NCBI GenBank assembly: GCA_963635575.1
Contig: CAVHFU010000004.1
Coordinates: forward strand, 1 to 61,894
Direction: 5' to 3'
Length of the DNA: 61,894 nucleotides
DNA from: a bacterium
GTDB taxonomy: Bacteria > Bacillota > Clostridia > TANB77 > RGIG9151
The position numbers and the translations under genes are program-made. The notes under the pieces are model-generated. The model ran no database searches. It had not been told where the DNA came from and saw nothing but the letters and a program-made list of their open reading frames with translations. Position 1 is the stretch's first letter. Each line of letters begins with the position of its first letter. Shown piece by piece: positions 16,926 through 25,962 of the stretch.

Positions 16926-19619
16926 ATGAAAGCAGAAGAGAAGAAGTTTTTTACAATGTCTGTTGATGAAACACTAAAATCGCTTAACTCCTCAAAAAAA
17001 GGACTAAGTGATGAAGAGGTACAAAAAAGGATCGAAGAATATGGGCATAATAAACTTGAAGAAAAGAAAAAACAAAGTTTATTGTCTAAGTTTATTGATC
17101 AATTTAAAGATTTAATGATAATTGTATTATTAGTTGCAGCGGCTATTTCAGTGTTTATTGCTAAAGAGTGGGTTGATGCAATAATTATTTTATTTGTGGT
17201 AGTGGTAAATGCTATTTTAGGCGTTATTCAAGAAAATAAAGCGGAAAAGTCCTTGGAAGCCTTAAAAAATATGTCCGCCCCATTTTCAAAGGTTATGCGT
17301 AACGGACAAGTATGCCATATAAAAACTGAGGAAATTGTGCCTGGAGATGTTGTAATTTTAGAAGCAGGTGATTTTGTCCCAGCAGACATGAGACTTATTG
17401 AATTTGCCTCACTTAAGATAGAAGAAGCAGCGTTAACCGGCGAATCTGTTCCAGTAGAGAAAGAAGATGTAGTAATAAGTAAAGATGATGCTTCTCTAGG
17501 TGATAGAGTTAATATGGCTTATTCGGGAAGTAGTGTCGCATATGGTAGAGGTGCAGGTGTTGTTACCGGCACCGGTATGAACACAGAGGTTGGGAAAATT
17601 GCTGCATACTTATCAGATACAGATAATTCAATGACACCACTTCAAGTAAAACTTGCTGAACTTAGTAAGATTTTAACTGTTGCAGTTGGTATTATTTGTG
17701 TATTGGTGTTTTTGTTCAGTTACATAGCTAATCCAAACATCGGTGTAGATGGAATAATGGATTTATTTATGAAAGCTATAAGTTTGGCTGTCGCCGCAAT
17801 TCCAGAGGGATTACCGGCAGTTATTACAATTGTGCTTGCAATGGGAGTACAGAGAATGGCCAATAGAAATGCTATAATAAGAAAGCTTTCTGCTGTTGAA
17901 ACTTTAGGCTCGACTGAGGTAATTTGCTCTGATAAAACAGGCACATTAACATTAAATAAAATGACTGTAAAGGAGTTGTATTATTCTGGGAACTTAAGCA
18001 CAGCAGATAGCATTAAAGATTTTAGCAAAGATGGAGAAAAAATGGCATTGATTCTTACTTTGTGTAACGATTCAAAAGAAAATACAAAAGGCGGCAAGGA
18101 GACTGAGTTTGTTGGTGACCCTACCGAAACTGCATTGGTTGAATATACCAAACCACGTGGATATGCGAAAAATGAATGTGAAGCAAGGTATGTTAGAGTA
18201 GGAGAAATTCCATTTGATTCTGAAAGAAAACTTATGACAACAGTTAACACTGTTGAAAATAAGATTTATTCTTTAACTAAAGGTGCACCTGATTTATTAA
18301 TAGAGAGGTGTAGTAAAATTTTAGTTAATGGTGAAACAAGAGATATAACATCGGATGATATAAAAAATATTGAAGAGGCTAACTCAGCTATGGCACATAA
18401 AGCTCTAAGAGTGCTTGCTGCGTCGTATAAAGAGTTAACTAAAGTCCCTGAGAAGGCAACTTCAAAAGAACTTGAAGAAGAGATGATATTTGTTGGACTT
18501 GTTGGAATGATAGATCCACCAAGACCGGAAGTAAAAGATGCAGTAAAACTTTGTAAACGTGCGGGAATTAAGCCTATAATGATTACAGGTGATCATAAAG
18601 ACACTGCAGTGGCAATTGCAAAGGAAATCGGAATAATTAGTGACGATTCTATGGCTATAACAGGTCAAGAGTTAGATAAATTGAAAGATGAAGATTTTAC
18701 CGAAATTGTTAAAAAATATTGTGTTTATGCACGTGTATCTCCTGAACATAAGGTTAAGATAGTAAAGGCATGGAAAGCTTTAGATAAAACTGTTGCAATG
18801 ACAGGAGACGGAGTAAATGACGCACCTGCACTAAAAAATGCAGATATCGGTGTTGGTATGGGAATTACAGGAACAGACGTATCTAAGAGCGTTTCAAATA
18901 TGGTATTAACTGATGATAACTTTGCAACTATTGTTAACGCGGTTGAAGAAGGAAGAAAAATTTACAGTAATATTAAAAAGGCTGTTCAATTTTTACTATC
19001 TTCAAATTTAGCTGAAGTTGTTGCAATATTCTCTGCTACAATTTTTGGTTTAATAACAAAGCAAGATTGGAACATATTGGCTGCTGTGCAGATTTTATGG
19101 ATTAATTTAGTTACAGATGCATTCCCGGCTTTAGCTTTGGGAGTAGAAAAAGCTGAAAGTGATGTTATGAATAAAAAACCAAGACGTGCAAAAGCTAGTT
19201 TCTTTGATGAGGGCATGGGAATTAACGTAATATTCCAAGGAATCGTAATTGGTGGTCTTACATTACTTGCTTACTATATTGGAGAATTTGTTTATCACGA
19301 ACATACACTTGGCATGACGATGGCATTTGCGACACTTTCATTTACTGAGCTATTCCATTCATTTAATGTACGTTCAATGGATAAATCATTACTTACAATT
19401 GGAGTATTTAGCAATAAAACATTAAGCTTGGCAATTTTAGGTTCGGCAGCATTACAACTTATCGTTTTAACTATACCATTCTTGGCTGAAATTTTTAAAG
19501 TTGAGATAATGGGAAGTGCACAATGGCTATGGGTAGTTGGACTATCATTTGCGATAATTCCTATAGTAGAAATTCAGAAATTTATTTACAGAAAAGTACA
19601 TGTTGAAAAAGTAATGTAG
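16926..19619 (+). CDS. calcium-type (IIA) P-type cation-transporting ATPase
   Basis: TGES, DKTGTLT and TGDGVNDAPALK motifs; about 10 TM segments; 897 aa. Confidence 0.9.
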   Translation: MKAEEKKFFTMSVDETLKSLNSSKKGLSDEEVQKRIEEYGHNKLEEKKKQSLLSKFIDQFKDLMIIVLLVAAAISVFIAKEWVDAIIILFVVVVNAILGVIQENKAEKSLEALKNMSAPFSKVMRNGQVCHIKTEEIVPGDVVILEAGDFVPADMRLIEFASLKIEEAALTGESVPVEKEDVVISKDDASLGDRVNMAYSGSSVAYGRGAGVVTGTGMNTEVGKIAAYLSDTDNSMTPLQVKLAELSKILTVAVGIICVLVFLFSYIANPNIGVDGIMDLFMKAISLAVAAIPEGLPAVITIVLAMGVQRMANRNAIIRKLSAVETLGSTEVICSDKTGTLTLNKMTVKELYYSGNLSTADSIKDFSKDGEKMALILTLCNDSKENTKGGKETEFVGDPTETALVEYTKPRGYAKNECEARYVRVGEIPFDSERKLMTTVNTVENKIYSLTKGAPDLLIERCSKILVNGETRDITSDDIKNIEEANSAMAHKALRVLAASYKELTKVPEKATSKELEEEMIFVGLVGMIDPPRPEVKDAVKLCKRAGIKPIMITGDHKDTAVAIAKEIGIISDDSMAITGQELDKLKDEDFTEIVKKYCVYARVSPEHKVKIVKAWKALDKTVAMTGDGVNDAPALKNADIGVGMGITGTDVSKSVSNMVLTDDNFATIVNAVEEGRKIYSNIKKAVQFLLSSNLAEVVAIFSATIFGLITKQDWNILAAVQILWINLVTDAFPALALGVEKAESDVMNKKPRRAKASFFDEGMGINVIFQGIVIGGLTLLAYYIGEFVYHEHTLGMTMAFATLSFTELFHSFNVRSMDKSLLTIGVFSNKTLSLAILGSAALQLIVLTIPFLAEIFKVEIMGSAQWLWVVGLSFAIIPIVEIQKFIYRKVHVEKVM

Positions 19620-19637
19620 TAAAAGTTCCTATGGGGG

Positions 19638-19666
19638 TTGATTTTTATGTAAAGTTGTTGTATAAT
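19638..19666 (+). promoter_or_regulatory. sigmaA-type promoter TTGATT-17-TATAAT
   Basis: Read directly upstream of the 151-aa ORF. Confidence 0.5.
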
Positions 19667-19721
19667 AATAAATGTATCCATTATTAATAATATCAATTTC
19701 CGGAAAATAGGAGGAAAAACA

Positions 19722-20177
19722 ATGAGCATTCAGAAACTTACCCACAATGAAATTCGTCGATTCGAGCGTGCTAGCCGTAATGGACAAAAAGCAGATGAAC
19801 ACACGGCTAACGTAAGCACACATCGTAGTAAGCATCGCTATTCCAACGACCCGAGACATATAGCCCGTAAGTATAACGCCGTGTGCAAAAAAGATAAATA
19901 TTGGGATAAGATCAATTCTAGGTATGGTGTTAGTTGGCACGATGTCAAAAAGGAGCTTGAAGCTGAAGAGCAAGCTGAAAATGAAAAAATAGCTGCTGAG
20001 AAGCAAGCTGCAAGCGCGAAATTAGCTGCTAAGCAGCGTGAGGCTAAAAAGCGCAAGGAAGAACGCGACTGGGCAGAACTCTACGAAAAGTCGTTTGGCA
20101 GTAAAGAGTTTTTACAGAAATATTACGAAGTCGAAAGCGGCGAAGAAGAAAACGACGAATATGAATACGTCGGATAA
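19722..20177 (+). CDS. hypothetical 151-aa protein (basic N-terminal half, A/K/E-rich helix, acidic tail)
   Basis: AGGAGGA RBS and the terminator at 20199-20228. Visibly G+C-richer codons than its neighbours. The three antisense ORFs are treated as artefacts. Confidence 0.65.
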   Translation: MSIQKLTHNEIRRFERASRNGQKADEHTANVSTHRSKHRYSNDPRHIARKYNAVCKKDKYWDKINSRYGVSWHDVKKELEAEEQAENEKIAAEKQAASAKLAAKQREAKKRKEERDWAELYEKSFGSKEFLQKYYEVESGEEENDEYEYVG

Positions 20178-20198
20178 TGTGAGGTGAGATGTTGCGAA

Positions 20199-20228
20199 GA
20201 GAGTCCCGTAATTGGGACTCTTTTTTTC
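20199..20228 (+). terminator. rho-independent terminator
   Basis: GAGTCCC-GTAATT-GGGACTC followed by TTTTTTT. Confidence 0.85.
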
Positions 20229-20263
20229 GTTCATAATTTTGGAATTGCTTCATTTATGTACCT

Positions 20264-20292
20264 GAATATTTTACTTTTATAAGCACAAAATA
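20264..20292 (+). promoter_or_regulatory. forespore (sigmaG/sigmaF-type) promoter candidate GAATA-17-CAAAATA
   Basis: Compared with the Bacillus sigmaG consensus GnATA-17/18-CATnnTA. Positioned upstream of the SASP gene. Confidence 0.45.
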
Positions 20293-20347
20293 TAACTATC
20301 AACCGCGGTTGATTGAAGATAAAATGTAATATAGGAGGGTGTCCAAA

Positions 20348-20542
20348 ATGAGTTCTAATTCAACATTAATTCCTGGTGCTAAAGAAGCTTTAAACAAGCT
20401 TAAATTTGAAACAGCTAGTGAAGTTGGCGTAAATCTTAAGAATGGTTACAATGGCGATATTAAAGCTAGAGACGCTGGTATCGTAGGTGGAACTATGGTT
20501 AAGAAACTTATTGGAATGGCTGAACAAAGCTTATCTAGATAA
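20348..20542 (+). CDS. alpha/beta-type small acid-soluble spore protein
   Basis: LIPGAKEALNKLKFETASEVGV...GDIKARDAGIVGGTMVKKLI is the canonical alpha/beta SASP pattern. ATG 20348 lies 8 nt after AGGAGGG. Confidence 0.9.
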   Translation: MSSNSTLIPGAKEALNKLKFETASEVGVNLKNGYNGDIKARDAGIVGGTMVKKLIGMAEQSLSR

Positions 20543-20791
20543 GTTAATTCGAGTAAAATATTTACTCGATACTAGTATAACCATATTTAAGTTAATGCCG
20601 ATTGGTTTTAATTACCTTGTATGGCAATAATTAAAGATGATTCCGATGAGTATCGGAAGATGGTAGTTTTTGAATCATTAGATTCACACAGCGATAAAAA
20701 ATGGGGTGTAGTCATTTAAGATTACGCTCCATTTTTCTCTTGTACTTTTATTCATTTTTTGTTATTATTTAAATGTTGGGGGGAAAATGTT

Positions 20792-22666
20792 ATGAAAAAA
20801 TTAATTGTATTATTAGTTTGTTTGGTAATGTCGCTTTCAGTTTCATTTGCAGATGACGCGGATTTTACCATAAAAAATGGAATTTTGATTAAATATACAG
20901 GGAAAGATGAAGTAGTAAAAATACCTGAAGGAGTTACTTCTATAGGATATGGAGATATGGGTGCTTATTCATCTGAAACAAATACCGGGATTTTTGGGAA
21001 CGGTTCTAAAATAAAAAGTGTTATATTACCTGAAAGCTTAGAATACATAGGGTGGAACGCATTTAAGAAGTGCGATAAACTTGAAGAAATTACAATCAAT
21101 TCAAATATAAAAAATATTGGATATAATGCATTTGAAGGTTGTACAAGCTTAAGAAGTATTGACCTAACTAAGGTAAAAGCAATTGGAAGTGCCGCATTTT
21201 ATAACTGTTCAAATCTTACTAGTGTAAAAGTTTCGGCATCTACACTAAAAAGTTCTTGGAATTCAGCAGAGAAGATTTTCCAAGGTACAAATATCCGAAG
21301 TGTAGAGATGGTTGGAGAAGCAATAGAAGATTATAGAAACGGAATGTTTTTAAGTGAGCTTATGGACACACCTTGGGGAAATGCTCAAAGTACAATTTTT
21401 ATAAATAATTGTTTGCTAAAATATACTACAAATGAAAGCAATGTTATTATTCCTAACAATGTAAAAATTCTCGGACATAATGCAATAGACACTTGCCCTA
21501 ATATGAGATATTTAAGTATACCTAAGAATGTAACAAGAATTTGTATAGACAAAAATAAATTAACAAATTGCAATTTAATAGTTACTAGATATTCAGCTGC
21601 TGAACAATATGCAATAACTAATAACTTGCAATATTCGACTGTGGATAGCGTAAGTGATTTCCAAGTAGGAATGAATAATTTTACCAAAAAACAAAACTAC
21701 TCAACAAATCAATTTAGGGATGTAAAGGCATCAGATTGGTATAGCGTATATGTAAAAAAATGCTATGAATTAGGTTTGGTTAGCGGTAAATCCGAGAACT
21801 ATTTTGGCTCACAAGATAATATAAGCATAGCAGAAGTTATAACTCTAGCTGCAAAGATAAATAGCATATATAATGGCACAGATATTGATTTAACAAGAGC
21901 AGATACAGAAAAATGGTATATGCCATATGTACGATATGCTCAAAAGAATAAAATAATTTGCGATTTTGATTATTATGGCAGACCGGCTATGAGAAAAGAA
22001 ATAGTCCAAATTTTAGAAAGTTCATTACCTTCTAAAGAATGGGAAAAGATTAATAATGTAACAAGTATTCCTGATGTAAACTATACGGATAATATTTCAT
22101 CTGCTCAAAAGGATAGCATTTTTAATTTTTTTAATGCCGGAATTGTGGCAGGAAATAATGAATACGGCATATTTTATCCCGGTTTGCCGGTAATAAGGGC
22201 AGAAGTTAGCACAATAGTATCTAAAATTGCAGATAAATCACTAAGAGCTAAAGTGTCGCTAAAAGCAAGCGAAATGGTTGTTGTAAACGGTAATGCAAAA
22301 ACAAGTGCTGTAAATATCGACAAGAGCAAGGCAATGCCAAAAGATTTAACGATAGATGAAGTAATGAAAATAAATGACAATAAAAAACCTGTATATGAGT
22401 ATAAGGCAAATGGAGAATTAGCATATTTATCCGGAAAGTTTTCAACAACTAAGATTGAAAATGCAGGTCAAGCAATTGAAGCTTTAAACAGTTTAAGAAC
22501 ATTGCTAAAGATAAAAGACTCAAGAACTGAATTTACATTTGACAGAATGGAAGATTCAACTAACTACAGATTACAAAAAGTAGTTAATGGTAAAGCTGTT
22601 TCGGGTTCATATGTAATTTTGGGAGTAAATAAACAAAATTATCCGATTTTTGTATTAAATAAGTAA
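20792..22666 (+). CDS. surface protein: signal peptide, BspA-type leucine-rich repeats, three SLH-like repeats, C-terminal FTP/PepSY-like propeptide module
   Basis: MKKLIVLLVCLVMSLSVSFA is signal-like. Repeats such as IPEGVTSIGY.., LPESLEYIGWNAFKKC.., NIGYNAFEGCTSL resemble LRR_5. FRDVKASDWYSVYVKKCYELGLVSG is SLH-like. YRLQKVVNGKAVSGSYVILGV is FTP-like. Confidence 0.7.
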   Translation: MKKLIVLLVCLVMSLSVSFADDADFTIKNGILIKYTGKDEVVKIPEGVTSIGYGDMGAYSSETNTGIFGNGSKIKSVILPESLEYIGWNAFKKCDKLEEITINSNIKNIGYNAFEGCTSLRSIDLTKVKAIGSAAFYNCSNLTSVKVSASTLKSSWNSAEKIFQGTNIRSVEMVGEAIEDYRNGMFLSELMDTPWGNAQSTIFINNCLLKYTTNESNVIIPNNVKILGHNAIDTCPNMRYLSIPKNVTRICIDKNKLTNCNLIVTRYSAAEQYAITNNLQYSTVDSVSDFQVGMNNFTKKQNYSTNQFRDVKASDWYSVYVKKCYELGLVSGKSENYFGSQDNISIAEVITLAAKINSIYNGTDIDLTRADTEKWYMPYVRYAQKNKIICDFDYYGRPAMRKEIVQILESSLPSKEWEKINNVTSIPDVNYTDNISSAQKDSIFNFFNAGIVAGNNEYGIFYPGLPVIRAEVSTIVSKIADKSLRAKVSLKASEMVVVNGNAKTSAVNIDKSKAMPKDLTIDEVMKINDNKKPVYEYKANGELAYLSGKFSTTKIENAGQAIEALNSLRTLLKIKDSRTEFTFDRMEDSTNYRLQKVVNGKAVSGSYVILGVNKQNYPIFVLNK

Positions 22667-22671
22667 TTTTG

Positions 22672-22715
22672 AGGTCAACGAACTTTTACGAGTTTGTTGG
22701 CCTTTTGCTTTTTAA
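22672..22715 (+). terminator. rho-independent terminator
   Basis: AGGTCAACGAACT...AGTTTGTTGGCCT followed by TTTGCTTTTT. Confidence 0.7.
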
Positions 22716-22748
22716 AGATGTATGATGGTGAAATTTATTTAAAACGCC

Positions 22749-22777
22749 TTGACAATAATTAGGATATGCTGTATTAT
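22749..22777 (+). promoter_or_regulatory. sigmaA-type promoter TTGACA-17-TATTAT for the rpsP operon
   Basis: Read directly. Confidence 0.6.
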
Positions 22778-22849
22778 TGTAAGGGTCAAGTACATATACT
22801 TTACTGGTGTATGACCTAGACGCAAGAAATTTTGAGAGGCGGTGAGCTA

Positions 22850-23089
22850 ATGGTTAAGATAAGATTACAAAGAGTTGGAGCCAAGAAAGCACCTTTCTAT
22901 AAGATAGTTGTTGCTGATTCAAGATATCCTAGAGATGGAAGAATTGTTGAAGAAATAGGTAATTACGATCCTATGAAGGACCCTGCTGTTATTAACTTGA
23001 ATGCTGAAAAGGTTAAGACTTGGATTAGTAATGGTGCACAACCTACTGACACAGTAAGAGCTTTAATTAAAAAAGCAGGTATTAACTAA
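22850..23089 (+). CDS. rpsP: 30S ribosomal protein S16
   Basis: [25 protein letters not shown]. Confidence 0.95.
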   Translation: MVKIRLQRVGAKKAPFYKIVVADSRYPRDGRIVEEIGNYDPMKDPAVINLNAEKVKTWISNGAQPTDTVRALIKKAGIN

Positions 23090-23106
23090 TTAAGGAGGAA
23101 GCCAAA

Positions 23107-23337
23107 ATGAAAGAAATGTTAGAAATAATTGCAAAATATTTGGTTAACAACCCTGAGCAAGTAGCAGTTACTGAGGTTGAAGGAGAACAAAGTGTTATCC
23201 TTGAATTAAGAGTTGCTCAAGAAGATATGGGAAGAGTAATTGGTAAAGAAGGAAAGATTGCTAAAGCAATCAGAACTCTTGTTAAAGCTAATGCAGCTAA
23301 ATTAAACAAGAGAGTTAATGTAGAAATTATTGAATAA
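23107..23337 (+). CDS. khpA: KH-domain RNA-binding protein (YlqC/KhpA)
   Basis: MGRVIGKEGKIAKAIRTL contains the GxxG KH motif. Conserved position after rpsP. Confidence 0.9.
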   Translation: MKEMLEIIAKYLVNNPEQVAVTEVEGEQSVILELRVAQEDMGRVIGKEGKIAKAIRTLVKANAAKLNKRVNVEIIE

Positions 23338-23358
23338 TTTCGAAAGGAATGTTAGACT

Positions 23359-23850
23359 GTGCAAAAAATGCTTTGTGTTGGTGAAATAGTAAATACACAC
23401 GGGGTAAGAGGCGAATTTAAAGTTGTTCCTCTGGTAGATGAACCGAGCGACTTGCTTGAGTTTTCTCATATATTTATTAATAATAAAGAATATGAGATTG
23501 AGAATGTTAGATTTCACAAGGACTTTGCTTTAATAAAGCTAAAAGGAATTGATGATATGAACATTGCTGAACAGTTCAAGCAAAAGTTTATGGAATTACC
23601 GAGGGAAGAATTAAAGCCGTTACCTGATGGCAGGTATTATGTGTGCGACTTAATAGGCTTAAAGGTTATTGATAAAGAACTTGGAGAGCTTGGCACAATA
23701 AATGAAGTCATGGAGACCGTAAGTAACTATATATATGTTGTTGAGTATAAGGGAAAACCACTTTGCATTCCTATAATTGATGGAGTAGTGGAAAGGGTTG
23801 ACTTAGATACCGGCACAATAAACGTTGTACTTCCTAAAGGACTTATTTAA
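23359..23850 (+). CDS. rimM: 16S rRNA processing protein RimM
   Basis: [16 protein letters not shown]; PRC-barrel C-terminus; synteny. Confidence 0.9.
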   Translation: MQKMLCVGEIVNTHGVRGEFKVVPLVDEPSDLLEFSHIFINNKEYEIENVRFHKDFALIKLKGIDDMNIAEQFKQKFMELPREELKPLPDGRYYVCDLIGLKVIDKELGELGTINEVMETVSNYIYVVEYKGKPLCIPIIDGVVERVDLDTGTINVVLPKGLI

Positions 23851-23864
23851 TCGGAGGGGAAAGT

Positions 23865-24557
23865 GTGAAAAAGATAAGATTTGATATCTTAACATTATTT
23901 CCTGAAATGTTTAATTCAATTATGAATGAAAGCATTATCGGAAGGGCTGTGGAAAATGGTTATGTTGAGATTAATCCGGTGAATATACGTGATTATTCAA
24001 AAGATAAGCATAATCGTGTAGATGATTATCCGTACGGCGGTGGTGCCGGAATGGTTATGCAACCCGGACCTATATATGATGCGTATAAGAGCGTAGCTAA
24101 CGATGAAAAAGTCCCTGTTATATATATGTCACCACAAGGAAAACAATTTACACAAGATATTGCACAAAAGTTAGCCTTAAATGATAGAATTGTACTGCTT
24201 TGCGGACATTACGAAGGCGTTGACGAACGAGTATTGGAAGAAATCGTAACTGATGAAATTTCAATAGGAGATTATGTGTTAACGGGTGGAGAGTTACCTG
24301 CAATGGTAGTTATAGATACTGTTTCAAGGTTAATACCGGGAGTTTTGGCGGATGATTCGACTAAGGAAGAATCCTTTTCGGATGGGATGCTAGAATACCC
24401 TCAATATACACGCCCAATTGAATTTATGGGCAAAAAAGTTCCGGACGTTTTAGTTTCCGGGCATCACGCAAATATTGCAAAATGGAGAAAAGAGGAGTCT
24501 TATAAGCGAACGCTTAAAAAAAGACCCGATTTACTAAATAAAAGGGGTGAAAATTAA
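23865..24557 (+). CDS. trmD: tRNA (guanine37-N1)-methyltransferase
   Basis: [37 protein letters not shown]. Confidence 0.95.
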   Translation: MKKIRFDILTLFPEMFNSIMNESIIGRAVENGYVEINPVNIRDYSKDKHNRVDDYPYGGGAGMVMQPGPIYDAYKSVANDEKVPVIYMSPQGKQFTQDIAQKLALNDRIVLLCGHYEGVDERVLEEIVTDEISIGDYVLTGGELPAMVVIDTVSRLIPGVLADDSTKEESFSDGMLEYPQYTRPIEFMGKKVPDVLVSGHHANIAKWRKEESYKRTLKKRPDLLNKRGEN

Positions 24558-24907
24558 TGGATATTATCAAGAATATAACTGAAGAACAAATCAGAACAGA
24601 TTTGCCACAGTTAAACATTGGAGATACAGTTAAAGTATATTTCAAGGTTATTGAAGGAACTCGTGAAAGAGTACAGATGTTTGAAGGTACAATCATTAGC
24701 AAGAAGGGTACTGGTATTTCTGAAACATTTACAGTAAGAAGAATTTCTTATGGAGTAGGTGTTGAGAGAATATTCCCTGTAAACTCTCCTAAGATTGACA
24801 AGATTGAAGTTTCTAGAACTGGTAAAGTTAGACGTGCTAAACTTTATTATTTAAGAGATAGAGTTGGTAAGGCTACTAAGGTTAAAGAAAAAATCGAAAA
24901 CAAGTAG
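24557..24907 (+). CDS. rplS: 50S ribosomal protein L19
   Basis: [25 protein letters not shown]. Confidence 0.95.
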   Translation: MDIIKNITEEQIRTDLPQLNIGDTVKVYFKVIEGTRERVQMFEGTIISKKGTGISETFTVRRISYGVGVERIFPVNSPKIDKIEVSRTGKVRRAKLYYLRDRVGKATKVKEKIENK

Positions 24908-24919
24908 ATTTAGCAAAAG

Positions 24920-24956
24920 CGGAGCTGTGAAAACTGGATTTTTACAGCTCTTTTTG
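24920..24956 (+). terminator. rho-independent terminator
   Basis: GAGCTGT...ACAGCTC followed by TTTTT. Confidence 0.8.
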
Positions 24957-25031
24957 TTGCTTTAAATACTATATATTGATTTCTGTTTTGCTTTTGTGTT
25001 AAAATTATCTTATGAAATGTGAGGTGCTACT

Positions 25032-25634
25032 ATGCTTGAGAATAAACTAAATATAAATAATTTAGCTGAACTTGCTCGGGAAGAAGAACGTATTAGTAAG
25101 AAAAAGGCTGTTATGCTATTTGAAAACGGAATTCTTGATAATTTAGAAACCGGAAAGTTTTCTACTTTAAAAGTGATTCATAAGTACCTATTTGAGGATA
25201 TTTATGACTTCGCCGGGGAAATTCGAGATGTTAACATTTCTAAAAATAATTTTCGGTTTGCACCTCTTATGTATTTAGAGGCAGCACTTGACAGCATAGA
25301 TAAAATGCCACAGTCGAATTTTGATGAAATTATCGAGAAATATATAGAAATGAATGTTGCACATCCGTTTAGAGAGGGAAATGGTAGGAGTACACGTATA
25401 TGGCTTGACCATATATTAAAAAACGAAATTGGTAAGGTTGTTGATTGGAGCAAAGTAGATAAAGAGGATTACTTACTTGCGATGGAACGTAGTCCTATTA
25501 AAGATATTGAAATTAAACACCTTTTATTTAAGGCACTTACTGATGAAATAAATAGTCGTGAAGTATATATGAAAGGTATCGATAACAGCTATTATTACGA
25601 AGGATATACTACTTTTAAAACAGAAGAATTATAA
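25032..25634 (+). CDS. fic: Fic-domain protein (adenylyltransferase family), class-III-like with C-terminal inhibitory motif
   Basis: HPFREGNGRSTR (25362-25397) matches HxFx(D/E)GNGRxxR. C-terminal SYYYEG (25587-25604) matches (S/T)xxxE(G/N). Confidence 0.9.
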   Translation: MLENKLNINNLAELAREEERISKKKAVMLFENGILDNLETGKFSTLKVIHKYLFEDIYDFAGEIRDVNISKNNFRFAPLMYLEAALDSIDKMPQSNFDEIIEKYIEMNVAHPFREGNGRSTRIWLDHILKNEIGKVVDWSKVDKEDYLLAMERSPIKDIEIKHLLFKALTDEINSREVYMKGIDNSYYYEGYTTFKTEEL

Positions 25635-25667
25635 AGGAAAAATCAAAGTTTTTTCTTTGTTAAATAT

Positions 25668-25696
25668 TGACTAAACGAGCTTAATAGTATATAGTA
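25668..25696 (+). promoter_or_regulatory. sigmaA-type promoter TTGACT-17-TATAGT
   Basis: Read directly upstream of the T-box leader. Confidence 0.5.
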
Positions 25697-25705
25697 AAGT
25701 AAGAT

Positions 25706-25931
25706 AAAAACTGTGATGGAAACAGTAGATTAATTTTGAGGGTTAAGCGAGTCGGGAAAAGGTGAAAGCCTGATACTAGTAGAGATTAATTGAAAATCAT
25801 TCCTGAGTTTCTTTGGCGAAGTAAAGTAGCTAAAGACGTGAGTTCAGCGTTATATGAACGCCATATATATGTATGTAGCGAGTGGTTAAACGAATTTATA
25901 GTTCGTCTCGGTTTCGGGACGGGCTTTTTTG
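25706..25931 (+). promoter_or_regulatory. T-box riboswitch leader, Ile specifier (AUC at 25796-25798)
   Basis: Stem I carries the GGTGAAAG distal loop. GAAAAUCA contains AUC followed by A. The T-box-like AGTGGTTAAACG includes UGGU, complementary to the tRNA ACCA end. Terminator CGTCTCG-GTTT-CGGGACG is followed by GGCTTTTTT directly before ileS. Confidence 0.8.
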
Positions 25932-25962
25932 TTTCTTGCACATACGAGTAAGGAGGAAGAAA

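Noticed and set aside
19629-20253. Three minus-strand ORFs (125, 72 and 69 aa) antisense to the 151-aa gene
   Set aside because: They have no RBS and junk-like sequences. They exist because the locally G+C-rich sense gene depletes antisense stop codons.
20581-20760. 23-aa minus-strand ORF (MNKSTREKWSVILNDYTPFFIAV) as a possible type I toxin
   Set aside because: It has no RBS and is not hydrophobic or TM-like. It overlaps the hairpins already described.
25882-25962. N-terminal extension of ileS (MVKRIYSSSRFRDGLFCFLH..)
   Set aside because: It lies within the T-box antiterminator/terminator. The AGGAGGAAG RBS and conserved IleRS N-terminus start at 25963.
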